The position numbers were made by a program, and so were the translations under genes. The notes beneath the pieces were generated by a model, which was not told where the DNA came from, made no database searches, and worked only from the letters and a program-made list of their open reading frames with translations. 48,900 nucleotides of DNA from Flavobacterium sp. (GTDB taxonomy: Bacteria; Bacteroidota; Bacteroidia; Flavobacteriales; Flavobacteriaceae), in NCBI RefSeq assembly GCF_044376915.1, contig NZ_JBILKB010000001.1, positions 1 through 48,900 of the forward strand, given 5' to 3'. Positions 28,356-36,982 of the stretch are shown here, one piece after another. Positions within the stretch are counted from its first letter, which is position 1. Each line of letters opens with the position of its first letter.

Positions 28356-31300
28356 AGCTCTTAAAATAACGTTGTACTTTCTGATTATAATTGGGATGCA
28401 AAGGTAAGCTTTGTCTGTTTAATATTTCAACACTATTAATATATTCTTTTAATTCTTTGGAGAGCGGCGGCGCTGAATTAGAATAATTTTGTGCGTTTAC
28501 TTTTGATTGCCTTTTGGTGTCTTCCCCTTGCTGTTGAATTGCTTTTTCAAGTTTTAAAAGTTCGTGTTTAAGTTGCAACATTTTTTGAAGGATTTCGTTC
28601 TTAAAGCCTTTGTTGATCAATTGTTTTTCAAGGTCTTTCATTTGTTGTAAAGCACTCATGCCTTGATTGGTCATGCCTTCTTTCTCAAGAGCCTTCTGAA
28701 GGGCCTCGCGCAACTGGCGCTGCTCTTTAAGAATGTCTAAAACCTTACCTGCGTTACCTTCAGATCCATTTTCCCCTTCTTCGCTTTCACCACCAGACTC
28801 TCCTTTTCCTTCTTTTCCTTTTTGTTTGCCATCGCCAGGTTTATTGCCGGGCTGATCTCCGGGCTTCATGCCCTCTTTCATTTTTTCTCCGAGTCCTTCC
28901 TGTTTTTTAATAATATCTGGCAACTGCATACCCGATCCTTGTCCTTTTCCTGGTTTTGGACTGCCTTTTCCTTGCCCTTGCATATCCATTTTCATTTGGC
29001 TTTGAACGTTGCTTAAAAAATCAGCCAAACGATTAGCGGACGTAAGTACATATTGCTGGTAAGACCCTCCTTTAGAAATATTATTATCGGCCAACGATTC
29101 TAATGTCTTGTCAAGATTATAATGCACATCGCCTAGTTCTTTTAAAATGATTTCCGTAATGCGTGGATTTCGGGAAGATACCGCAAACAAACTATCATCT
29201 ACGTGTTTGAATTGTAGTTTCAAATCCTGCTGCTTTTTTAATACTTTATTCAGTTGTAATGATCGGGTTTGTGCTGTATTGGTGGTTGCTATCAATCGTT
29301 CTTGATCAAATGAGAAAGCCAGTAAATTATCCAATATTTGTCGTAATAGCTTCGCGTCCTCTTGCATTTGTTCCGATTCACCTGCATTCATAGATTGGGT
29401 CATTTTTTGACTCATTTCTTTCATTTTAGCGGCGGCAGCTTTCTGCTTCGGCTGGGCCTTTTTTGGCTGTTGTTTATTTAATTCTTCAGCTGCTTTTTGA
29501 AGATCTTTTTTAATGTCTTCTTGTTCGTTTTTTTCGTTAGGAATATCTAGCGGAGCTTTTAATTCCTTATTTTCTTTATCCAGCTCTTGCAACTCTTTTT
29601 GAATGTCGTCAAAAGCAGCATTGATATCTTTTTGGGCCTTTTCACTATTATCTTTTGGATCTGCGACCAATTGATCTTGTTTTTCGCCGAGTTGTAGTAA
29701 TTTATCAGCTATCTGTTCGGCTTTTTTTTCAACATAAAAACGTTTGGTTAATTCCACCAATTGTTCCAGATTTTGTTTCTGATTTTTAGCGTTTTGTTTT
29801 AATTTATCCGCTTTATCAAACAAATCCTCTTTTTCTATTTTTTTAGAAAGTTCTTCTAATTCTTTCAGTAATTTTTCGTTTTTTTCGGATTGTTTTTCTG
29901 CTTCTTCAAGCCTTCGCAACAATTCTTGTTTTTCTTTATCTTGGGCTTTTGGATTGAATTCTTCTAAATTTTCGGTTAGTTTTTTGGTAAACTCTTTCAT
30001 CATTTCGTCTTGTTGCTTCTGTCGGTTGATAAAATCGGATACCTTCTTTTGATCTTTAAAGTCCAAAACAGCCTTTTCTTTGTTCATTTTTTGGAGCTTA
30101 TCTAATTCCGAAAGCTGCTTGTCTTGGTTTTGGAGTGATTTTTCGAGACTGTTGATGTTTTCTTGTTGTTCTTTTAATTGCTGATCTTCTTTTTGGGATT
30201 CCGTTAACTCATAATGCTGAAAAACAACCGATTTGGTGCTTTTGAATTGGTTAACTACATCATTATCAAACACCTCAAAATAATACTCATAATTTACCCC
30301 TTTTTCTAGCGTAACGCCGACAGGAAAAGAATATACAAATTGATCGACCGCTTGTTTTTGTATGGGTAACGTGGCGATTTTTTTAGCGCTGGGATTTTCT
30401 TTAGGATAATAAACAAGTTGCAGCTTTGTCAACCCGTGATCATCAGAAATTTGGCCCAAAAGGACTATTGATTTCAAACGCAACGAATCGGGTGCAGCTT
30501 GTATTGAAATACTAGGAAACTGATCTTTTATTACCGAAATTTGATAGGTGAGTTTTTCGAACGATTCCCATTGTTTATTGGAAGTGCTAATTTCATAGTT
30601 TAGATTGCCTATTATTTTTCTGGACGTAGAAAAAATGGGAGGACGAACGGCAAAAGGGCTTGGTCTATTATTGAGATGTAATACCACTTTATCCGTAGCA
30701 ACCGCATGGATGTTCCATGTAATTACGGTACCTTCTGGAACTACCGCATTACCTGTTCCTTGAATGGTTTCCGCTTTCTTGCCCAAATATGCGGGATACT
30801 TCAATTGCATTTGAAAATTTGTAATGGTCGGCACATCCATCACGTTTATGTGAAACGTATCAGATTGTATGTCATTAGCTTGCAACGAAAATAGCACGTC
30901 TTTGGTTAATTTTGAAAAGGTATACTCAAAAAATCCGGGTCGCACACTTTGTAAATAATAGACTTCTTCTCCAATTTTTATGGCTACATTTTCTGGAATT
31001 ACCTTACCACGTGTTTTTACTTGTAATGTAAAATCGGAATATTGTTGGGTGGTTAATGAAGGGTTTAATAGTACAAACTCAAAAGGAGCAGGAGGTGTAA
31101 AAGTTGTTTTGTAATGCACCACCCGCGTAAAACTGTTTGAAATAATTTCTGAATTTCCTGAAATAAAAAACAAAATCAACAATACAATAGGCGCAAAGGC
31201 GTAGGGTAAAAACCTTTTGTTTTGAGTAAAATTAACCGCATTTGAGAACGGAATGGGCTGTAAGGCTGCCGCTTTTTGTTCAATGGAAGCAAGAACCAAT

Positions 31301-31665
31301 TCAGAACTTTGTTTTTGATGTGTTAGCTGAAGAAAATTGAGTAATTTATCTTGAACATCGGAAAAATGATCCCCAATAATTTGTGCCGCCTGTTCGTGAT
31401 TAATTCCTTTTTGCAACTTAAACAACTTAAATAGCGGAAAAGCAATGAAACGAATTAATAAATAAGATTCAACCGCCACAAACAACCAAAACAAAAGCGT
31501 TCTACCTTGAATAGAAAGCCATAAATAATATTCAACCAATAACGTGAAAATAAAATACAACAAGCCAAAGCCGATGAAAAGAAGTGTTCCTTTGATCAGT
31601 TCGTTGGTATAGAACTTCTTGATAAAACGTTCTAGTTTGAAGTAAATTATGTTTTTTTCTGACAA
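28342..31665 (-). CDS. Large membrane-anchored coiled-coil protein (DUF4175-like)
   Basis: TTG start; three N-terminal hydrophobic segments, beta-rich middle (DDHGL), long Q/E/K coiled coil and G/K-rich linker; overlaps ybeY by 14 bp. Confidence 0.78.
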   Translation of the reverse strand: MSEKNIIYFKLERFIKKFYTNELIKGTLLFIGFGLLYFIFTLLVEYYLWLSIQGRTLLFWLFVAVESYLLIRFIAFPLFKLFKLQKGINHEQAAQIIGDHFSDVQDKLLNFLQLTHQKQSSELVLASIEQKAAALQPIPFSNAVNFTQNKRFLPYAFAPIVLLILFFISGNSEIISNSFTRVVHYKTTFTPPAPFEFVLLNPSLTTQQYSDFTLQVKTRGKVIPENVAIKIGEEVYYLQSVRPGFFEYTFSKLTKDVLFSLQANDIQSDTFHINVMDVPTITNFQMQLKYPAYLGKKAETIQGTGNAVVPEGTVITWNIHAVATDKVVLHLNNRPSPFAVRPPIFSTSRKIIGNLNYEISTSNKQWESFEKLTYQISVIKDQFPSISIQAAPDSLRLKSIVLLGQISDDHGLTKLQLVYYPKENPSAKKIATLPIQKQAVDQFVYSFPVGVTLEKGVNYEYYFEVFDNDVVNQFKSTKSVVFQHYELTESQKEDQQLKEQQENINSLEKSLQNQDKQLSELDKLQKMNKEKAVLDFKDQKKVSDFINRQKQQDEMMKEFTKKLTENLEEFNPKAQDKEKQELLRRLEEAEKQSEKNEKLLKELEELSKKIEKEDLFDKADKLKQNAKNQKQNLEQLVELTKRFYVEKKAEQIADKLLQLGEKQDQLVADPKDNSEKAQKDINAAFDDIQKELQELDKENKELKAPLDIPNEKNEQEDIKKDLQKAAEELNKQQPKKAQPKQKAAAAKMKEMSQKMTQSMNAGESEQMQEDAKLLRQILDNLLAFSFDQERLIATTNTAQTRSLQLNKVLKKQQDLKLQFKHVDDSLFAVSSRNPRITEIILKELGDVHYNLDKTLESLADNNISKGGSYQQYVLTSANRLADFLSNVQSQMKMDMQGQGKGSPKPGKGQGSGMQLPDIIKKQEGLGEKMKEGMKPGDQPGNKPGDGKQKGKEGKGESGGESEEGENGSEGNAGKVLDILKEQRQLREALQKALEKEGMTNQGMSALQQMKDLEKQLINKGFKNEILQKMLQLKHELLKLEKAIQQQGEDTKRQSKVNAQNYSNSAPPLSKELKEYINSVEILNRQSLPLHPNYNQKVQRYFKSYDQF

Positions 31666-31818
31666 CTCTATAAACCCTTGGTTAATAACCGCTAAAAATA
31701 CGATATCTATCTAGATTAGTCAATAGGTTTTTTATGAAACTTAACATTTGAGTTTTGTTTCAAGTTTTCATCGCCCAACTTCAGTCATCCATCAGCCGCA
31801 AAATCAAAATTCAAATTG

Positions 31819-31826
31819 TATCTTTG
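31819..31826 (+). promoter_or_regulatory. -7 promoter element for gltX
   Basis: TATCTTTG, 16 nt before the ATG at 31843. Confidence 0.7.
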
Positions 31827-31842
31827 CCTAAAATTTAATAAA

Positions 31843-33339
31843 ATGTCTGTAAGAGTACGATTTGCACCAAGTCCGACAGGACCTCTTCACATAGGTGGGG
31901 TTCGAACCGCTTTATTTAATTATTTATTTGCTAAAAAACATGGAGGTGTATTCTATCTTCGTATTGAAGATACCGATCAAACACGTTTTGTTCCTGGAGC
32001 CGAAGCTTATATTTTTGAAGCATTAGAGTGGTTGGGAATAGCGCCAGATGAAACCATTGGAAAGAACGAAAAATTTGGGCCCTATCGTCAAAGCGAACGA
32101 AAAGCAATATACCAACAATATGCCGACCAATTGATTGCTTCAGGTTGGGCGTATTATGCATTTGATACTGCTGAAAGTTTAGACGCTATGCGTAAAGATG
32201 CAGAGGCCATCGGAAACACCTTTATTTACAATCATACTGTAAGAGAGCAAATGGACAATTCGTTGACAGTTTCACGGGAAAAAGTTGCCGAACGCTTAGA
32301 AAATGAAGAACAGTATGTCATTCGTTTTAAAACACCCGTGAATGAAGTTTTAGAACTACAAGACATCATTAGAGGCAATATTAAATTTGACACGAATTTA
32401 TTAGACGATAAAGTATTGTTCAAATCAGATGGAATGCCAACCTATCATTTAGCGAATATTGTGGATGATCATTTAATGGAAACCACACACGTCATCCGAG
32501 GTGAAGAATGGTTACCAAGTTTGCCTTTACACTATTTATTATACAAAGCGTTTGGTTGGAACGCTCCAGAATTTGCACATTTACCTTTGATTTTAAAACC
32601 TATTGGAAACGGAAAATTAAGCAAACGCGATGGCGATAAAATGGGATTTCCTGTTTTTCCTTTAGAGTGGACAACTGCAGAAGGAACGTCAAACGGCTAT
32701 AAAGAAGCTGGATTTTTCCCCGAAGCCGTAATCAACTTTTTAGCGTTATTAGGCTGGAATGATGGCACCGAACAAGAAATTTTTTCTTTGGAAGAATTGG
32801 TGGCAAAATTTGATCTAAACCGCATTCACAAAGCCGGAGCAAAATTTGATCCTGAAAAAAACAAATGGTTTAATCATCAGTATTTAATAGGGAAAAGTGA
32901 TAAAGAACTAGCTAAAAGTTTTTCTGAGGCATTAGAAAAAAGAGGTGTTTCTTCGGTAATGGATTTGGAAAGAGTAGTCTCATTAATTAAAGAAAGAGCG
33001 CATTTTGTAAATGAATTATGGGATTTAGCCGATTATTTCTTTGAGGCGCCAACATCTTACGACGACAAAGCCGCAAAAAACTGGAAAGAAGAAACACCAG
33101 GATTAATGCAACAAGTGATCTCCGAATTGGAAAAAATAGAAGATTTTACATCCGCTAGCATTGAAACCGAATTAAAAAACTGGATGACAACCCACGAAAT
33201 TGGAATGGGAAAAGTAATGCAACCGCTCAGACTGAGTTTGGTTGGTGCGCTTAAAGGACCTCATTTATTTGATATTATAGAAATGATTGGTAAAACAGAA
33301 ACCATCAAACGGATTGAAAAAGCAATCTCAAGTTTATAA
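31843..33339 (+). CDS. gltX: Glutamate--tRNA ligase
   Basis: RFAPSPTG, HIGG, RIEDTD, KLSKR. Confidence 0.97.
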   Translation: MSVRVRFAPSPTGPLHIGGVRTALFNYLFAKKHGGVFYLRIEDTDQTRFVPGAEAYIFEALEWLGIAPDETIGKNEKFGPYRQSERKAIYQQYADQLIASGWAYYAFDTAESLDAMRKDAEAIGNTFIYNHTVREQMDNSLTVSREKVAERLENEEQYVIRFKTPVNEVLELQDIIRGNIKFDTNLLDDKVLFKSDGMPTYHLANIVDDHLMETTHVIRGEEWLPSLPLHYLLYKAFGWNAPEFAHLPLILKPIGNGKLSKRDGDKMGFPVFPLEWTTAEGTSNGYKEAGFFPEAVINFLALLGWNDGTEQEIFSLEELVAKFDLNRIHKAGAKFDPEKNKWFNHQYLIGKSDKELAKSFSEALEKRGVSSVMDLERVVSLIKERAHFVNELWDLADYFFEAPTSYDDKAAKNWKEETPGLMQQVISELEKIEDFTSASIETELKNWMTTHEIGMGKVMQPLRLSLVGALKGPHLFDIIEMIGKTETIKRIEKAISSL

Positions 33340-33343
33340 AAGC

Positions 33344-33371
33344 AAAGTCCCTGAAATTCAGGGACTTTTTT
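33344..33371 (+). terminator. Intrinsic terminator after gltX
   Basis: AAAGTCCCTGA-AAT-TCAGGGACTTT plus T-run. Confidence 0.88.
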
Positions 33372-33438
33372 ATTTCATAAGTGGTGTAACTTTTTAAGAA
33401 ATGCAGCGTATAATTAAAAATTTTAAAAACTACAAATT

Positions 33439-34413
33439 ATGGATTTTATCATGTTTCCTATTGTTTTCATTGGTTTAGTTATTCTTTTTTCTTCCTTCTT
33501 TACGGTAAAACAGCAAACAGCTGTTGTAATCGAGCGATTTGGAAAATTCACAAGCATTAGAAGTTCTGGTTTGCAATTAAAAATTCCTGTAATTGATCGC
33601 ATTGCTGGAAGAGTAAATCTTAGAATTCAACAATTAGACGTTATTATTGAAACGAAAACTAAAGACAACGTATTTATTAAAATGAAAGTTTCGGTGCAGT
33701 TTAACGTTATTCAAAGTAAGGTTTACGAGGCGTTCTACAAATTAGAATACCCACACGATCAAATTACAGCTTATGTTTTTGACGTGGTGCGTGCCGAAGT
33801 TCCTAAATTAATTTTAGATGATGTTTTTTTAAGAAAAGACGACATTGCTATTGCGGTAAAACGTGAATTAAACGAATCCATGATGGCGTATGGTTATGAC
33901 ATCATTAACACCTTAGTAACGGATATTGATCCGGATATTCAAGTAAAAAATGCGATGAACCGAATCAATGCTGCAGATCGTGAAAAAACAGCAGCAGAAT
34001 TTGAATCGGAAGCACAGCGCATTAGAATTGTTGCAAAAGCAAAAGCGGAAGCTGAAAGTAAAAAACTACAGGGACAAGGTATTGCAGACCAACGAAGAGA
34101 AATTGCGCGCGGACTTGTAGAGAGTGTTGAAGTGTTAAACAATGTTGGTATAAATTCTCAAGAAGCATCAGCATTAATTGTCGTAACCCAACATTATGAT
34201 ACGCTACAAGCTATTGGAGCCGATACCAATTCAAACTTAATATTGTTGCCTAATTCTCCACAAGCGGGTAGTGATATGTTAAATAATATGGTGGCGAGTT
34301 TTACCGCAAGTAATCAAATTGGGGAAACCATGAAAAACCAACCGAAACGTGTCAAGAAAAAAAATGACCATACGGCAACCGATTTTAATCCTTCCGATAC
34401 CAGCGAAGCATAA
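33439..34413 (+). CDS. SPFH/band-7 domain membrane protein
   Basis: N-terminal TM, ERFGKF, TKTKDNV, AEA-rich coiled coil. Confidence 0.92.
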   Translation: MDFIMFPIVFIGLVILFSSFFTVKQQTAVVIERFGKFTSIRSSGLQLKIPVIDRIAGRVNLRIQQLDVIIETKTKDNVFIKMKVSVQFNVIQSKVYEAFYKLEYPHDQITAYVFDVVRAEVPKLILDDVFLRKDDIAIAVKRELNESMMAYGYDIINTLVTDIDPDIQVKNAMNRINAADREKTAAEFESEAQRIRIVAKAKAEAESKKLQGQGIADQRREIARGLVESVEVLNNVGINSQEASALIVVTQHYDTLQAIGADTNSNLILLPNSPQAGSDMLNNMVASFTASNQIGETMKNQPKRVKKKNDHTATDFNPSDTSEA

Positions 34414-34430
34414 AATTATTTTAAAAAATT

Positions 34431-34466
34431 AAAAACCGTCAATTTTCTATCATTGGCGGTTTTTTT
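34431..34466. terminator. Intrinsic terminator after SPFH gene (potentially bidirectional)
   Basis: AAAAACCGTCAAT-loop-ATTGGCGGTTTTTTT. Confidence 0.8.
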
Positions 34467-34671
34467 ATACTCAAAAATTAAAATCGTGCGATTTTAGCCA
34501 CCTTTTTTAATAACTATATAAAATCACATTGCTACAAAAAGATTTCTTTATATAACTCACTTATGAAAGCTGTTTTAAAAAGATTTTATTTATTTTGAAG
34601 TCAAAGTTAATAGCTTTTACTAATAGTTTTTTTCTTTGGGAAAGTTGTGCAAGTTTCTGTTTTATGAAAAT

Positions 34672-34703
34672 AAAAAAACCTACAAGGAAATACCTAGTAG
34701 GTT
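34672..34703 (-). terminator. Intrinsic terminator after glnS
   Basis: AAACCTACAAGG-AAATA-CCTAGTAGGTTT with an A7 tract on the left (U-tract on the minus strand). Confidence 0.75.
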
Positions 34704-34742
34704 TGAAATCGTAATTCTTAATACAAAATTCTAAATACTTTT

Positions 34743-36425
34743 TTATTGTTCTGAAATTTTTGCCCAAGTATCTCTTAGCCCAACTGTTTTATTAAAAACT
34801 AATTTTTCTGCGGTTGAATCGCGGTCGACACAAAAATATCCCAAACGTTGGAATTGAAAATGATCCAATTCTTTTGAAGTAACCAAACTTGGTTCTACGT
34901 AACCCGTAATAACTTTTAAGGAATTTTGGTTAATAAATGTTTTAAAATCGGCTTCTTTGTCTTTATCTGGACTTTCATGGGTAAACAATCGGTCGTATAC
35001 TCGCACCTCAGCTTCTTTAGCGTGAGCAGTAGAAACCCAATGAATGGTTCCTTTTACCTTTCTTTGGCTCGCTTCTGTACCGCTTCCTGATTTTGAATCA
35101 ACGTCATAAGTAGCGTGAATTTCGGTAATATTTCCATTAGCATCTTTTACAACCGATTCACCTTTAATGATATAGGCATTTTTCAATCGAACTTCGGTTC
35201 CTAGTGTTAAACGAAAAAATTTCTTATGTGCCTCTTCTTGAAAATCTTCTCTTTCAATGTATAATTCTTTAGAAAAAGGAACTTTTCTATAAGTCATTAT
35301 TGCTTCTTCTGGGTTGTTCTCAGCTTCTAACCATTCTTCTTGACCTTCTGGATAATTAGTAATTACTAATTTTACAGGGTCTAAAACCGCCATTACACGA
35401 GGTGCTATTTTGTTTAAATCTTCACGCACACAAAACTCTAAAAGCGACACGTCAATTAAATTATCCCGTTTTGCAATTCCGATGGTATTGGCAAAATTCC
35501 GAATGGAAGTTGGGGTATAGCCACGTCTTCTCATTCCTGAAATCGTACTCATCCGTGGGTCATCCCAACCTGTAACATGATTTTCTTCTACTAATTGTAA
35601 TAACTTTCTTTTGGAAACCACGGTATGCGATAAATTTCTTCTAGCAAACTCTCTTTGCTTTGGACGCACTTTTGTGGAGTCATAAATTTGATTCAAAAAC
35701 CAATCATATAATTCTCTATGTGGCAAAAATTCTAGTGTACAAAATGAATGAGAAATTTGCTCTAAATAATCACTTTCGCCATGTGCCCAATCATACATTG
35801 GATAAATACACCAATCGTTACCTGTTCTATGATGGTGTGCGTGCATAATACGATAAATAATAGGATCACGCATTAACATGTTATTAGCTCCCATAGAAAT
35901 TTTAGCGCGCAAAACATGCGTTCCTTTTTCGAATTCTCCGTTCTTCATGCGTGTGAATAAATCCAAATTCTCATCAACAGAACGGTTTCTGTATGGTGAG
36001 TCGGTGCCGGGTTGTGTGGGTGTTCCTTTTTGTTGTGCCATTTCTTCTGAAGTTTGACTATCAACATAGGCTTTATTTTTTTTAATTAATTCCACAGCCC
36101 AATCATACAATTGTTGGAAATAATCCGAAGCATAACATTCTTTATCCCATTGAAAACCCAACCATTCTACATCGCGTTTGATGGCGTCTACATACTCTTG
36201 TTCTTCTTTTGAAGGATTGGTGTCGTCAAAACGAAGGTTTACAGGTGCTTTGTAATTGATGCCTAGACCAAAGTTTAAACAAATGGCGCTCGCATGACCA
36301 ACATGTAAATATCCGTTCGGTTCAGGTGGAAATCGAAAACGTAATTTATTTTGGTCCAAACCATTTTTTAAATCTTCTTCAATGATTTGTTCTATAAAAT
36401 TCAATGATTTATCTTCTGTTGACAT
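34743..36425 (-). CDS. glnS: Glutamine--tRNA ligase
   Basis: RFPPEPNGYLHVGH, RFDDTNP, CTLEF, VSKRKL, WDDPR, FQFQRLGYF. Confidence 0.97.
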   Translation of the reverse strand: MSTEDKSLNFIEQIIEEDLKNGLDQNKLRFRFPPEPNGYLHVGHASAICLNFGLGINYKAPVNLRFDDTNPSKEEQEYVDAIKRDVEWLGFQWDKECYASDYFQQLYDWAVELIKKNKAYVDSQTSEEMAQQKGTPTQPGTDSPYRNRSVDENLDLFTRMKNGEFEKGTHVLRAKISMGANNMLMRDPIIYRIMHAHHHRTGNDWCIYPMYDWAHGESDYLEQISHSFCTLEFLPHRELYDWFLNQIYDSTKVRPKQREFARRNLSHTVVSKRKLLQLVEENHVTGWDDPRMSTISGMRRRGYTPTSIRNFANTIGIAKRDNLIDVSLLEFCVREDLNKIAPRVMAVLDPVKLVITNYPEGQEEWLEAENNPEEAIMTYRKVPFSKELYIEREDFQEEAHKKFFRLTLGTEVRLKNAYIIKGESVVKDANGNITEIHATYDVDSKSGSGTEASQRKVKGTIHWVSTAHAKEAEVRVYDRLFTHESPDKDKEADFKTFINQNSLKVITGYVEPSLVTSKELDHFQFQRLGYFCVDRDSTAEKLVFNKTVGLRDTWAKISEQ

Positions 36426-36444
36426 TATTTTTCTATCTTTTATG

Positions 36445-36452
36445 CAAAGATA
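36445..36452 (-). promoter_or_regulatory. -7 promoter element for glnS
   Basis: TATCTTTG on the minus strand. Confidence 0.7.
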
Positions 36453-36458
36453 GAAAAT

Positions 36459-36549
36459 GTTTCAAGTTTCAAGTTTAAAAGTTTGAGGTTTTATGTAACT
36501 TTGGATAAAGAAAACAACCTAGAACCAATAAAATCTTAAACTTGAAACT
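36459..36549. repeat. GTTTCAA-heptamer array and 14-bp perfect inverted repeat around the folB promoter
   Basis: AGTTTCAAGTTTAA (36465-36478) and TTAAACTTGAAACT (36536-36549) enclose TAACTTTG (36496-36503). Confidence 0.75.
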
Positions 36550-36557
36550 AAAAAATC

Positions 36558-36917
36558 ATGGGAACCATTAAATTACAAAACATAAGGACTTTCTCTTATC
36601 ACGGTTGTTTAGCTGAAGAAGCAAAAATAGGATCGGATTACCGAGTGGATTTAGAAGTAAAAACTGATTTACGTAAATCAGCTGCAACTGATGAATTATT
36701 GGATACAGTAGATTATGTGGACCTGCATAAAATTGTAGTGGACGAAATGGCTATTCGGTCTAAGTTGTTAGAGCATGTAGGTCAGCGAATTATTACCCGA
36801 TGTTTTGCGGAAATCCCTTCCGTATCGCGAATTAAAGTAGCAGTTTCAAAACAAAATCCTCCTATTGGCGGCGATGTAGAAGCAGTTACTGTTGAAATGG
36901 AAGCTTTTAGAAATTAA
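36558..36917 (+). CDS. folB: Dihydroneopterin aldolase
   Basis: YHGCLAEE, DTVDY, LLEH, SKQNPP. Confidence 0.95.
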   Translation: MGTIKLQNIRTFSYHGCLAEEAKIGSDYRVDLEVKTDLRKSAATDELLDTVDYVDLHKIVVDEMAIRSKLLEHVGQRIITRCFAEIPSVSRIKVAVSKQNPPIGGDVEAVTVEMEAFRN

Positions 36918-36982
36918 GCGTTTTTTCTTTCTTAATTTCAATCATGCTAGATAATACAAAAGAAAAAAATTTATAACGACAA

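Noticed and set aside
34561-34767. 68-aa minus-strand ORF overlapping the glnS end
   Set aside because: Runs through the glnS terminator and a promoter motif; composition typical of AT-rich non-coding DNA.
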